A stretch of 58,714 nt of DNA. Source: a virus (taxonomy: Duplodnaviria > Caudoviricetes). The DNA lies in the IMG/VR virus record IMGVR_UViG_3300005611_000026, positions 1 through 58,714 of that record, one strand, 5' to 3'. The stretch's first letter is position 1; each line of letters starts with the position of its first letter. The translations under genes were made by a program, and so were the position numbers. The notes under the pieces are model-generated. The model was given only the letters and a program-made list of their open reading frames with translations. It made no database searches and was not told where the DNA came from. Positions 17,748 to 27,512 of this stretch are shown here, piece by piece.

Positions 17748-18123
17748 TGTAGAGGGCTTTATTCGCGCACACACTTGGAAATTCGCAAAGACAATGCCAT
17801 GGGCACCCCATGAGTATGTATACAAGACAGCGGCGATCGATGCAGAACTATTCGATCAAGTCAAAATCTTCATCCATGAAAACGGCGTCCCCGAGTGGTA
17901 TCACTGGTCTCAATATGGCAAAAGCGGCAAAAAAGAGAGGAAGTACTTCTATCACGAAGATCATATTTACTGGTGCATGCCGCACAATATCTTTGACCCG
18001 CAGTATCCAAATCTAAAAATAATCAATCGGGCGCTACTTAGCGACTATCCAGAGAGAGACCCGCTTACCGAGGATGAAATAAAAGGAATAAAGTCCTTAA
18101 TTGTTCTTGACAATCCTCAATAG
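17707..18123 (+). CDS. Hypothetical protein
   Basis: WKFAKTMPWAPHEY...YWCM...IINRA; start uncertain. Confidence 0.7.
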   Translation: MKSKSTKSELELNDVEGFIRAHTWKFAKTMPWAPHEYVYKTAAIDAELFDQVKIFIHENGVPEWYHWSQYGKSGKKERKYFYHEDHIYWCMPHNIFDPQYPNLKIINRALLSDYPERDPLTEDEIKGIKSLIVLDNPQ

Positions 18124-18135
18124 ATCTCCTATAGT
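18107..18135 (+). promoter_or_regulatory. Sigma70-type promoter (TTGACA-17-TATAGT)
   Basis: Near consensus; member of the TTGACAATCCTCAA family. Confidence 0.85.
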
Positions 18136-18173
18136 AAACACATGAAATCGAGAAAGCCTACGGAGGGCTACCA

Positions 18174-18626
18174 ATGAAACTCAGCAAATCAGAACAGCGC
18201 ATCTTAGACAAAGCGGCACGCATCATGGAAAAGAGCGCCTATTACTACCCTCAGCAGTTCACTTCAGCCAAAGCTACTAAGCAGTATTTCTTTAATCGAT
18301 TGGCCGGTAAAGACCGCGAGGAATTTCATGTCTTATTTCTGGACAATCAGCACCAACTGATTGCTTGCGACATATTATTTGTCGGCACCATTGATTGCGC
18401 CTCAGTCTACCCGAGAGAGCTGGTAAAGCAGACGCTAGAGCATGGCGCATCTGCTATCGTACTAGCCCACAATCATCCGTCAGGCACGCTAGAGCCTAGC
18501 AGGGCGGACATTGAAATAACCAAGAAAATCAAAAACTGCATGAATGCAATCGAGGTGAGAGTTTTAGACCATCTGATTGTCGGACATGGAACTCCAGCAT
18601 CGTTCGCAGAACAGGGGCTAATATGA
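18174..18626 (+). CDS. radC: RadC-like JAB/MPN domain protein
   Basis: REEFHVLFLD, VYPRE, AHNHPSG, VLDHLIVG. Confidence 0.93.
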   Translation: MKLSKSEQRILDKAARIMEKSAYYYPQQFTSAKATKQYFFNRLAGKDREEFHVLFLDNQHQLIACDILFVGTIDCASVYPRELVKQTLEHGASAIVLAHNHPSGTLEPSRADIEITKKIKNCMNAIEVRVLDHLIVGHGTPASFAEQGLI

Positions 18627-18988
18627 TCAAGCGCATACTCTATTCAATCAATCTGTATCGACGCCAAATCAGGCGTTTACGGAATGACATTCGGGAACAG
18701 GATATTGAAATCCGAAACCTGAAAATTGAACGCGACCTTCTGCGAAGCATGATGCGTAAAGCCAAAAAGGAGCGGGACGGATGGGAGAAAATGACCCTCC
18801 GTTATCGCGCTCTAAACAAGGCGCTTTGCGAGGAAATGGAAATAGAGCCGACTATTGACTCCGAGATTGTCAAAGACTTTCAAACCATTTTCGATGATCC
18901 GCTAGGCTACGACCAGACCGGAAAGCCGGTGAAGCCAGATACTCGCGGAGAAATTGTCGACCTTAATAAATATCGAGGAAAAAACTGA
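18623..18988 (+). CDS. Hypothetical coiled-coil protein, homolog of 10584-10961
   Basis: Shared N- and C-terminal motifs. Confidence 0.7.
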   Translation: MIKRILYSINLYRRQIRRLRNDIREQDIEIRNLKIERDLLRSMMRKAKKERDGWEKMTLRYRALNKALCEEMEIEPTIDSEIVKDFQTIFDDPLGYDQTGKPVKPDTRGEIVDLNKYRGKN

Positions 18989-19764
18989 TGGCTATTTTTC
19001 AAGACGTTGCACTCCCTATGACTATCGAGGATTTCTTAGAGGGGTATGACAATGCTAAAAAGGCAATTGAAGAAATGCACGCCATCAATGACCGGCAGAA
19101 AAAAGCCTGTGACGCATTGGGGCGTCACCTCTGGAATGGCTACCCATTCAGAGACGATAAAAGCCGACAGCTGCGAGAGCTTAGACAGCGGTTTTGGCGG
19201 GGCGCTTTCGATATTACTGACTTCGCTCGCTACATGGATGATCAGGCCAGAAAGGAGTTCGACCGATCGCTAGAAAACCCGCCTGAATTTACCATGGATA
19301 ACATTCGCGCTACGTTTCTGGAGCTGGCACAAAAAGCCGACATGATGTTTAACCGAGGGGTGGTCAATATCTTTAAACACCTTTCGGATGGCTACAAGAC
19401 AAACTCCAATGAGCCCTTCAGACTTGGCCGGAAGTTCATCATGGGCTGGGGCTGCGACAACTGGAGAGGCCGCCCGAATATTCGCTACCAAAACGAGGGT
19501 CGCATTGATGATATCGACAGGGTTTGCTCAACACTCTTAAACAAGGAATGGCAGCCACGCCGATTGGCCAGCGCAATAAACGCCTCCTTTGACGAGTGTT
19601 ACCAGAATGGCGATCGATGCGTATTTGATAACGATCTATTTCATATCAAAGGGTTTAAAAATGGCTCGCTGCATTGGACTGTAAAAAGCGAAAAGCTACT
19701 GAACAAGATCAATGACCTGATCGCTGCATACTATGGCGACAACACACTGGCGAAATCAGCATGA
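18988..19764 (+). CDS. DUF4942-like protein
   Basis: PPEFTMDNIRATF, MFNRGVVNIF..LS..YKTN, FHIKGFKNGSLH. Confidence 0.8.
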   Translation: MAIFQDVALPMTIEDFLEGYDNAKKAIEEMHAINDRQKKACDALGRHLWNGYPFRDDKSRQLRELRQRFWRGAFDITDFARYMDDQARKEFDRSLENPPEFTMDNIRATFLELAQKADMMFNRGVVNIFKHLSDGYKTNSNEPFRLGRKFIMGWGCDNWRGRPNIRYQNEGRIDDIDRVCSTLLNKEWQPRRLASAINASFDECYQNGDRCVFDNDLFHIKGFKNGSLHWTVKSEKLLNKINDLIAAYYGDNTLAKSA

Positions 19765-19982
19765 ACTGTAAAACCTATGAAAATATCTACTGCTCGATCA
19801 CCAGAGAGAGCGATGGCACATGGACAGGCTACAACAACGTAACGGGGATGCCAGCATACATCGATGGCGATCCATACAAAGGTCGCCGCATCTGGAAAAC
19901 ATACGAGAAGGCTAGGGCGTGGATGACTGAAACCACGCAGCACTACAGGACAATAGCTTTAAGGTCTGGCTGGGTACGATAA
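19761..19982 (+). CDS. Hypothetical protein
   Basis: ATGA overlap. Confidence 0.6.
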   Translation: MNCKTYENIYCSITRESDGTWTGYNNVTGMPAYIDGDPYKGRRIWKTYEKARAWMTETTQHYRTIALRSGWVR

Positions 19983-19996
19983 ATCTAAAATAATTG

Positions 19997-20025
19997 TTGA
20001 CAATCCTCAAGATATTGGCTATAGT
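19997..20025 (+). promoter_or_regulatory. Sigma70-type promoter (TTGACA-17-TATAGT)
   Basis: Near consensus; TTGACAATCCTCAA family. Confidence 0.85.
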
Positions 20026-20055
20026 TATATCTCAATAGAGCTACGGAGGCTTCAA

Positions 20056-20226
20056 ATGAACATCGAAATTACTTACCTAGACGACCATCTCCAAGAGCAA
20101 TCCTGCCATCTGGACGGGGTTACCCGAATTGCACAGGATGAATACGGCAGCTGGGAGATTGACTGCGACGAAGGCGAAATGGTTGTTGAGGAAATTATCA
20201 GCATAAAAACAAGGAGCGCCGAATAA
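20056..20226 (+). CDS. Small acidic hypothetical protein (56 aa; below ORF-track cutoff)
   Basis: GGAGG RBS after promoter; MNIEITYLDD...RSAE*; stop overlaps next ATG. Confidence 0.75.
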   Translation: MNIEITYLDDHLQEQSCHLDGVTRIAQDEYGSWEIDCDEGEMVVEEIISIKTRSAE

Positions 20227-20441
20227 TGGCTGCGCTAACTAACGTCGAAAGTGTTGGATCTTTAGAAACCGGAATGGTGGTTAAAAAGATATTCACTGAC
20301 CAACGCTACTTCATCACCTCAATCAAAATCACCCGCGCTGGCGTCCCTTTCATCTACGGCTATGCCATGAAAGACGATGGCACTATCGAGACTGAGGAAC
20401 GATTCATCGACTACTACCGACGACTAGAGGTTGCACAATGA
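20226..20441 (+). CDS. Hypothetical protein
   Basis: RBS AAGGAG, TAATG coupling. Confidence 0.7.
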   Translation: MAALTNVESVGSLETGMVVKKIFTDQRYFITSIKITRAGVPFIYGYAMKDDGTIETEERFIDYYRRLEVAQ

Positions 20442-20839
20442 AAAAATATGAATTTGAACCCGCTGGCTGCGAAAGCCCCGAGGACTTAATTCGACTGCTT
20501 TTAGAGTATCGAGAGGTCTACAACAGCGACGAGCAGGTGATTTACACCTACGACCCAACATCTGGATTTACCTACAATCTAAACCCTAAAAAGACGTGTG
20601 TATTCGCAAAATTCAGAGGGGCTTGGATTAAGAAAGAGGTTGAGTGGTACCGGAAAATCCCCGAACACGGCGTTCTATGCTGGATTTATAGCAACAAAAG
20701 CAATATGAGAATAGGGAGGGTCATGCATTACAAGGAATCTGACATCCCTTTTGCTACTGACACAGGCGCTGTATGGGAGCACGCCGATCCACTAACCAAT
20801 GAAGAAATCAAACAATTCCTAGACCCCGAGGATAGCTAA
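20438..20839 (+). CDS. Hypothetical protein
   Basis: RBS GAGGT, ATGA overlap. Confidence 0.7.
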   Translation: MKKYEFEPAGCESPEDLIRLLLEYREVYNSDEQVIYTYDPTSGFTYNLNPKKTCVFAKFRGAWIKKEVEWYRKIPEHGVLCWIYSNKSNMRIGRVMHYKESDIPFATDTGAVWEHADPLTNEEIKQFLDPEDS

Positions 20840-20867
20840 AACATTAAATAATTGGTAAACTGGATGC

Positions 20868-21098
20868 ATGACCCCTGCTAAAACCGCTAAATCGATGGGA
20901 CTGAAATCCCTAACTCAAGTCTCAGAGATTACAGGGGTCTCTATGAATACGCTATCCAACTGGCATAAACACAAGCCCCTCTTATTCGACATTGTTTTAA
21001 GGGGGTGCTGTGACCGGCTGGAAATCTCTCCTACCCATCAACTTCTGGATGAAATCTGTGCGATCACAAGACAACGACAAGTTAAAGATAGTTTATAA
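20868..21098 (+). CDS. Small HTH-like protein
   Basis: GLKSLTQVSEITGVSMNTLSNW. Confidence 0.65.
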   Translation: MTPAKTAKSMGLKSLTQVSEITGVSMNTLSNWHKHKPLLFDIVLRGCCDRLEISPTHQLLDEICAITRQRQVKDSL

Positions 21099-21636
21099 AT
21101 CAATCGACGAGCTATCGGAGTATCCCGATAATCCCCGTAATCATGACGATGAAAAGATTGGGGAGCTGGTCGAGCGGATAAAGCGCACCGGCTGGGCGAC
21201 TCCAATTGAGATTGACGAGGCCGGTATGATCCTCAGTGGCCACGGAAGAATGCTGGCGGCTAAACAGCTGGATATGAAAAAGGTGCCCTGTGTGGTGCTT
21301 GAGGGGATGACAGAGGCGCAAAAGGCGGAGCATGTCATTGCATCCAACCGAGTAGCGGAGCATGTAGATTGGGATTACAGCAATCTGGCAGTAACTTTCG
21401 ACTTTCTCGAAAAATGCGATGTTGATCCGGTTCACACTGGATTCGATGCGAGTCATATCAGTGACATTTTGGATTTCACCAATCGCACAGCTGGGGTCAA
21501 CAAGGAGCCGACTCAATCACAATCCTTGGTGACAGAAGATCAAGTCCAGAAGGCAAATGTTAGCGTTAATACTCCTACCATTGAAAACAAGCAGTCAATC
21601 GTCTGCCCCCATTGCACTGAGGAGTTCTTTATATGA
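21049..21636 (+). CDS. ParB/Srx N-terminal domain protein with C-terminal CxxC
   Basis: YPDNPRNH, GWATPIEID, ILSGHGR..AA, SNRVAE, CPHC; start uncertain. Confidence 0.88.
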   Translation: MKSVRSQDNDKLKIVYKSIDELSEYPDNPRNHDDEKIGELVERIKRTGWATPIEIDEAGMILSGHGRMLAAKQLDMKKVPCVVLEGMTEAQKAEHVIASNRVAEHVDWDYSNLAVTFDFLEKCDVDPVHTGFDASHISDILDFTNRTAGVNKEPTQSQSLVTEDQVQKANVSVNTPTIENKQSIVCPHCTEEFFI

Positions 21637-22256
21637 TTACAGAGATTGGCAAGCACCGAGTCCAGCACGCAAACATTATGGGCGGGATTGACGCTTTAAT
21701 GGCTGGAGACATGGCGGATTTTGTCTACAGCGATCCGCCATGGGGGCAGGGGAACCTTCGATACTGGCAGACGATGAATAAAAAGATGACCGGCGCGGAG
21801 CGTCAGGAAATTGACTACTCGGAGTTCATCGAAAAGCTGTTTTCAATTATTGCCAGATACGCGAGAGATAGGGTGGTCATTGAATACGGAGTTCGCTGGA
21901 AGGATGACATACAAGCGATAGCGGCAAGGTATGGGTTTTCGGGACCCGTTCATCGAGGAATCTACGACTCAAAAAACCTCCCATTAGATTTCCATTTTCT
22001 AAGCAAATCCGGCCAATTCACACCTACAACCAATGTGATCGATAAGCTAAAGATCCAGAAGGGACTCAAAATAGTAGAGACCATATTCGACGATTGCTGT
22101 CCGATTGACTCAAAAATAGTTTTAGACCCAATGTGCGGCATGGGTTATACGGCTCAGGCGGCGGTTAACCGAGGTATGGCGTTTAGAGGGAATGAGTTGA
22201 ACTCCAAAAGATTAGGTAAAACCATTGCCCGACTCGAAAAAGATAAAAGCCGTTAG
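21633..22256 (+). CDS. Putative amino-(N6A/N4C) DNA methyltransferase-like protein
   Basis: Motif IV YSDPPW followed by motif I VLDPMCGMG (beta order). Confidence 0.8.
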   Translation: MITEIGKHRVQHANIMGGIDALMAGDMADFVYSDPPWGQGNLRYWQTMNKKMTGAERQEIDYSEFIEKLFSIIARYARDRVVIEYGVRWKDDIQAIAARYGFSGPVHRGIYDSKNLPLDFHFLSKSGQFTPTTNVIDKLKIQKGLKIVETIFDDCCPIDSKIVLDPMCGMGYTAQAAVNRGMAFRGNELNSKRLGKTIARLEKDKSR

Positions 22257-22617
22257 CGTTGACCATTCTGTAGTCCTCGATTTTATCGAAGGCGTGGATA
22301 CTGAGGACGCTGAGTTTAAAGATCACTCTGCTAAAAAATGGTGGTTCGCTGTTTATTGCGATGAAAAGGTAGTCTCTGTCGGTAGTATGTACGAGGCCAG
22401 CAAGTCCACTATTCGAATGTCCAGCCATTACACCCTCCCTGAATATCGCGGTATGGGCTGCTCTACGGCGATGATCAAGGCGTCAATCGATAAAGCTAAA
22501 ATCCTTGGTTACGAGAAAGCTGACGCCTATACAAGAATCCCTTTGTATAAAAAACTCGGATTTAAGCCGGTTAGAAAATACAAATGGGGCGGGGAATACC
22601 TAATCAGGAAAATATGA
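22225..22617 (+). CDS. GNAT-family acetyltransferase
   Basis: YTLPEYRGMGCS motif A, LYKKLGF; start uncertain. Confidence 0.85.
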   Translation: MPDSKKIKAVSVDHSVVLDFIEGVDTEDAEFKDHSAKKWWFAVYCDEKVVSVGSMYEASKSTIRMSSHYTLPEYRGMGCSTAMIKASIDKAKILGYEKADAYTRIPLYKKLGFKPVRKYKWGGEYLIRKI

Positions 22618-23789
22618 GCACAATCTATCTTAATAAATCCGTTTACGAAGCTGGCTTGGAGCGGATGCGCTGGCTTTTTGACGAGTTTGAAAATGTGTCT
22701 GTCTGTTTTTCAGGCGGAAAAGACTCGACCGTGACCCTAGAGCTGGCCTTGCAAGTCGCCAAAGAACGCGGCCGACTGCCTTTGCCGGTGGTATTCGTTG
22801 ACCAAGAAGCCGAATGGAACTCCGTTATTGAGTATGTGCGTCGGACAATGAGCCGTGAGGAGATAGAGCCACACTGGATTCAATGCCCTATCAGGCTATT
22901 CAACGCCACGAGCTCAACGGAGAGCTGGCTGCATTGCTGGGCTGAGGGTGAGGACTGGATGAGGGATAAGGAGCCCGACAGCATCCAAGTGAATGATTTT
23001 GGCACCGATCGCTTCCACGACATTTTTCCGGCGTACCTGCAGAAGTTCTGGCCAGACCAAAAAGCGATCATGTTGGCCGGCGTGCGATGTGAGGAATCTC
23101 CCAATCGACGAACGGGATTGACCCATAATACGACTTATAAGTGGGTGACATGGGGCAAGCATCCGATCAAGAAGCGAGAGCACTACACGTTTTATCCGCT
23201 CTATGATTGGACTTGGCGGGATATCTGGAAATCAATCCACGACAACAAGTGGGACTACTGCAAGGTCTATGACGAGTTTTACCGCTATGGAATCTCCCCG
23301 ATGCAAATGAGGGTCTCCAATCTTCACCACGAGACCGCTGTTCACCAGCTGTTCTACCTTCAAGAAATCGAGGGGGAAACATGGGATAAGCTCACTCAAA
23401 GGCTCTCAGGGATCAATCAGGCGCGGCATCTGACGAAATCCGATATGTTTCAGGTTAAGAAGCTACCATTCATGTTCTCAAGCTGGAAGGACTACAGAGA
23501 TTATCTAGTCAAACATCTTCTGGTACCGGAGCAAGCCAAGCTATTCAACAGCAAATTCGCAGCCATGGATATCAAGTGGGGCGGCATGAGTAACGCAGGC
23601 CTAGTCGCCATGTATCGCTCTCAGATCAATTGCGTGCTTTCCAACGACTTCGAGTTCACCAAAATGGACAATTTCGAGTCAAGGGCTCAAGTGGTCAACT
23701 ACCGAAAATGGAAGGCGGGCAAACTGGATCTGTCTATCGATCGATCATTATTTAACTATTTACCGGAGGGATGGGATGCTACTAGCTGA
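22614..23789 (+). CDS. PAPS reductase-family protein (IbrA/YbdN-like)
   Basis: PP-loop FSGGKDS, DQEAEW, GVRCEESPNR, YPLYDWTWRDIW, MRVS. Confidence 0.92.
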   Translation: MSTIYLNKSVYEAGLERMRWLFDEFENVSVCFSGGKDSTVTLELALQVAKERGRLPLPVVFVDQEAEWNSVIEYVRRTMSREEIEPHWIQCPIRLFNATSSTESWLHCWAEGEDWMRDKEPDSIQVNDFGTDRFHDIFPAYLQKFWPDQKAIMLAGVRCEESPNRRTGLTHNTTYKWVTWGKHPIKKREHYTFYPLYDWTWRDIWKSIHDNKWDYCKVYDEFYRYGISPMQMRVSNLHHETAVHQLFYLQEIEGETWDKLTQRLSGINQARHLTKSDMFQVKKLPFMFSSWKDYRDYLVKHLLVPEQAKLFNSKFAAMDIKWGGMSNAGLVAMYRSQINCVLSNDFEFTKMDNFESRAQVVNYRKWKAGKLDLSIDRSLFNYLPEGWDATS

Positions 23790-24486
23790 AATCCAGAAAA
23801 AGCTCGACTCGAGTTCGCCTGAGGACGCCATAGAGTTCATCAGCGATATTATGATGACTCTCAAGATCAGCTCCCCAGTAAAGGATCACCCGATCTGCTC
23901 GGTTAAATGGGCAAGAATCGATCAAGTCCAAGCGAATGATTACAACCCAAACTCAGTAGCAGGGAAGGAAATGCAGCTGCTGTACACCTCAATCAAGGCC
24001 GATGGCTACACCCAGCCAGTAGTCACGGTGTATGACCCCGAGATAGAGAAGTACGTCATCATTGATGGGTTTCATCGATACTTCACCTGCAAGACCAATC
24101 CCGATGTTCTAGAGTCAACCTTCGGATTCTTACCAATAGTGGTGCTAAATAAGACCATGAACGAGAGAATGGCTGCTACCGTTCGACACAATCGAGCCCG
24201 AGGCGCACACTCCATTGGGGGAATGAGTAACATGGTTTTCCAAATGCTCGACAATGGGCTGGAAGATCACGAGATCTGCAATGAGCTAGGTATGGACCCC
24301 GAGGAATTACTGCGCTTGAAACATATCACAGGATTTAGCAAACTATTTGAAAGCGCGGAGTATCAAAAGGCATGGGAGACCAAACGCCAGATACTTCATC
24401 GAAAGGAATACCAATCTACGAGCGACAGGGTCGCAAGCGGGGCAAATGTAGATGACGGAAAAGACCAAGAACGGGAGACAGGGTGA
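23776..24486 (+). CDS. ParB-like protein (IbrB/YbdM-like)
   Basis: ANDYNPNSVA..EM.LL..SI..DGYTQP, IDGFHR, ATVRHNRARG. Confidence 0.92.
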   Translation: MLLAEIQKKLDSSSPEDAIEFISDIMMTLKISSPVKDHPICSVKWARIDQVQANDYNPNSVAGKEMQLLYTSIKADGYTQPVVTVYDPEIEKYVIIDGFHRYFTCKTNPDVLESTFGFLPIVVLNKTMNERMAATVRHNRARGAHSIGGMSNMVFQMLDNGLEDHEICNELGMDPEELLRLKHITGFSKLFESAEYQKAWETKRQILHRKEYQSTSDRVASGANVDDGKDQERETG

Positions 24487-24868
24487 GGGCGGCGGAAGGC
24501 CACCACGCGAGTTTTCTCCAGCAGAAATAGATACTTACGAGAAATTAGCCGCTGTATTAACCAAAAAGCAATGCGCCGATTTCTTCCAAATGAGCGAAAC
24601 CACCCTAAGGGAAGTCGAGAAAAGACAACCCGAGGTGGCTGATGCCTATAAAAAAGGCAAATCCAATGCCGTAGCATCCGTGGCTCAATCACTGCTTTCC
24701 ATGGCTACCAGAAAGGGCAATGTCACAGCTGCCATCTTCTACCTAAAGACTCAGGCGGGCTGGAAGGAAGGCGCTGATACCACCTCAGACACCGAGACCC
24801 CATCATTCACAATCAATGTTTCTCGCAGAGAGCCAGTGGGCGACATGAGGATTACTCGTGGATCTTGA
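24452..24868 (+). CDS. terS: Terminase small subunit
   Basis: GRPP, HTH, GNVTAAIFYLKTQAGW; upstream of terL. Confidence 0.8.
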   Translation: MTEKTKNGRQGEGGGRPPREFSPAEIDTYEKLAAVLTKKQCADFFQMSETTLREVEKRQPEVADAYKKGKSNAVASVAQSLLSMATRKGNVTAAIFYLKTQAGWKEGADTTSDTETPSFTINVSRREPVGDMRITRGS

Positions 24869-26120
24869 TCTATCCGCTCCACAGGCGGCTTATCTGTATG
24901 ACCTAAATACCAAGTATCGAGCCTTCGTCGGTGGATTCGGATCAGGCAAGACTGCGGTCGGCTGTCTGGATCTGGCTCTATTCGCTTGCCAATATCCGAA
25001 AATAACCCAAGCATATTTCGGTCCCACTTATGGCGCCGTAAAAGATATCTTCTATCCAACACTTGAGGAGATGGTTTACCCGCTTGGCCTGACTACACCG
25101 GTGCGGATTGGCGATCAGGAAGTGGATCTGTTCTACGGCCGCCGGTATTACGGGACGATCATTTGCCGATCGATGGATAATCCCGACAAGATTATTGGAT
25201 TCAAGGTGGCAAGGGCTCTCGTTGATGAAATCGATGTGTTGGAGGCGAAGAAGGCAGAAAGGGCGTGGAACAAGATCATTGCCCGATTAAGGCTCAAGGT
25301 TGATGGCGTAATCAATGGAGTGGGGGTTACCACGACCCCTGAAGGATTTAAATTCGTACACAAGCGATTCAAGAAGAACCCCACTCAATCCTATTCCATG
25401 GTGCAAGCCAGCACCTACGAGAACGAGAAATATCTGCCGGATGATTACATAGCGACTCTCAGGGAGTCTTATCCGGCACAGCTGATCGATGCCTATATCG
25501 AGGGGGAGTTTGTCAATCTCACCTCAGGAACGGTCTACTACGCCTATGATCGGAGACTCTGCAGGTCAAAAGAGACCATCCAACCCAAGGAACCGCTCTA
25601 TATCGGCATGGATTTCAACGTTACCAAAATGGCCGCCACGATCTATGTTCACAGGGAGGAAGGGGGGGAGACGATATGGCACGCAGTGGACGAAATAGTA
25701 GATGGCTATGATACCGCCGCGGTTATCCAGATCATCGACGAGCGCTACAGACAGCCAGACAAGGAGCATAAAATCACCATCTATCCCGATAGCTCAGGGG
25801 GTAATAGCGCCACAAACGCCAGCACTTCCGATATTGGCTTGTTGTCTAAATATTCGATTCGGGTAAAATCAACGAATCCAGCAGTCAAAGACAGGGTCAA
25901 CGCTGCCAACACAGCCTTCGAGAAAAGGCGTGTCAGGATAAACGACGAGAAGTGTCCAACCACTGCCGATTGTTTAGAACAGCAGATTTATGGAAAGAAT
26001 GGTGAGCCCGACAAGAAATCTGGAAATGATCACCAGAACGATGCGACGACCTATCCTATCGCTTATGAAATGCCCATCATTAGGCCGCTATCTCGTCCAG
26101 ACTTTAAGTTCCAACACTAG
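24858..26120 (+). CDS. terL: Terminase large subunit
   Basis: Walker A GGFGSGKT, Walker B LVDEID, TTTPEG, nuclease GMDFN and DHQNDA. Confidence 0.95.
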   Translation: MDLDLSAPQAAYLYDLNTKYRAFVGGFGSGKTAVGCLDLALFACQYPKITQAYFGPTYGAVKDIFYPTLEEMVYPLGLTTPVRIGDQEVDLFYGRRYYGTIICRSMDNPDKIIGFKVARALVDEIDVLEAKKAERAWNKIIARLRLKVDGVINGVGVTTTPEGFKFVHKRFKKNPTQSYSMVQASTYENEKYLPDDYIATLRESYPAQLIDAYIEGEFVNLTSGTVYYAYDRRLCRSKETIQPKEPLYIGMDFNVTKMAATIYVHREEGGETIWHAVDEIVDGYDTAAVIQIIDERYRQPDKEHKITIYPDSSGGNSATNASTSDIGLLSKYSIRVKSTNPAVKDRVNAANTAFEKRRVRINDEKCPTTADCLEQQIYGKNGEPDKKSGNDHQNDATTYPIAYEMPIIRPLSRPDFKFQH

Positions 26121-26129
26121 GCGGACGAT

Positions 26130-27512
26130 ATGAACCCTGTTGAATCACAGCATCCCGATTATTCCGAAAACCTGTTGATCTGGCAGTTGATAGCCGATTG
26201 CTGCGCTGGCCAGAAAACCATAAAAGCCAAAGGATCTACCTATCTTCCAGTCATGGAAGGGGTCGAGACTACCGATAAGCGGTATAAGAATTACGTCGAG
26301 CGGGCGAACTACGTCAATATAACTGGTAGGACTAAACAGGGATTAGTGGGGGCTGTGTTTCGCCGCCCTCCTGAAATCAATTTACCTACAGGACTTGAAT
26401 ATCTCGAGGACAATGCTGACGGATCCGGTGAATCACTTTCCTCGCTGGCCAAGGAAGCGACCGGCGCCGTGATTGGCAAGGGGCGTCATATTCTTGTGGT
26501 TGATTATCCAAGCGTTGAGCGGGCGCTAACATTGGAGGAGGAGCAACGGCTAAAACCTCAGGCCAGTATTATCTCGTATACAGCTGAATCGCTGATCAAT
26601 TGGAAAACACAGGTCATAGCTGGCCATTCAGTGCTTTCCCTTCTGGTGTTCAAGGAAAAGTACAACGCCTCGGAGGATATCTTCCAGCATGTCATGAAAG
26701 ACCAATATCGGGTGCTGTCGCTGGATCAGGATGGGAAATACGTCCAATCAGTTTATCGAGAGGGCAAGATTCACGATACATTCGAGCCTAAAGCTAATGG
26801 TAATCGGCTTGATTACATTCCGGCTGTCATTGTGGGCTCAGAGAATAACGACCCGATGGTGGACATGGCTCCCTTGCAGGACATTGCTCAAGTCAATATT
26901 GCCCACTATCGAAACTCGGCGGATCTTGAGGAGAACTGCTTTGTGCATGGCCAGTTGACTCTCGGAGTAACGTCCAGCCAATCCAACGAGCAATTCAAAG
27001 AGGCGAATCCGAACGGGATTGTCGTGGGCGCTAAGGCGGGTCATTTCCTCGGGGAGAGAGGCGGCTTTACGTCGGTTCAGGCAGCGGAGAACCAGCTGGC
27101 CGATAAGCTAATGAGTCGCAAAGAAGAACAGATGAAAATGCTGGGTGCGCGGCTGATCGAGAATCAAGGTCAGAAAACAATCGCACAGACTAAGATGGAT
27201 GCGACAGGGGAGAACTCAGTCCTTGCAACCATTACCGAAAATCTCTCAGAAGCCATCTGGAAATGCATTCAATGGTGTGGGGAGTTCATGGGAACGCCTG
27301 TTCCTGAAGGTACAGAGCAAGGCTTCATGCTGAATAGTCAATTCTTTGACGAGGAAACCCAGCCTGAAGTGATTATGGCCGCTATTCAAATGAGCGACCG
27401 AGGTATGCTGGCCAAATCCGATGTTCAAAACCTAGCCAGAAAGCAAGGCCTCATCCCTCAAGACCGAACCAATGAAAAAATAGACGGTGAGGCTGAGGTT
27501 GCACCCATCTGA
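26130..27512 (+). CDS. Portal protein (DUF4055-like)
   Basis: YLP, Y..RA.Y.N.T.RT, NADGSG, PL..IA.VNIAHYRNSAD; after terL. Confidence 0.9.
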   Translation: MNPVESQHPDYSENLLIWQLIADCCAGQKTIKAKGSTYLPVMEGVETTDKRYKNYVERANYVNITGRTKQGLVGAVFRRPPEINLPTGLEYLEDNADGSGESLSSLAKEATGAVIGKGRHILVVDYPSVERALTLEEEQRLKPQASIISYTAESLINWKTQVIAGHSVLSLLVFKEKYNASEDIFQHVMKDQYRVLSLDQDGKYVQSVYREGKIHDTFEPKANGNRLDYIPAVIVGSENNDPMVDMAPLQDIAQVNIAHYRNSADLEENCFVHGQLTLGVTSSQSNEQFKEANPNGIVVGAKAGHFLGERGGFTSVQAAENQLADKLMSRKEEQMKMLGARLIENQGQKTIAQTKMDATGENSVLATITENLSEAIWKCIQWCGEFMGTPVPEGTEQGFMLNSQFFDEETQPEVIMAAIQMSDRGMLAKSDVQNLARKQGLIPQDRTNEKIDGEAEVAPI

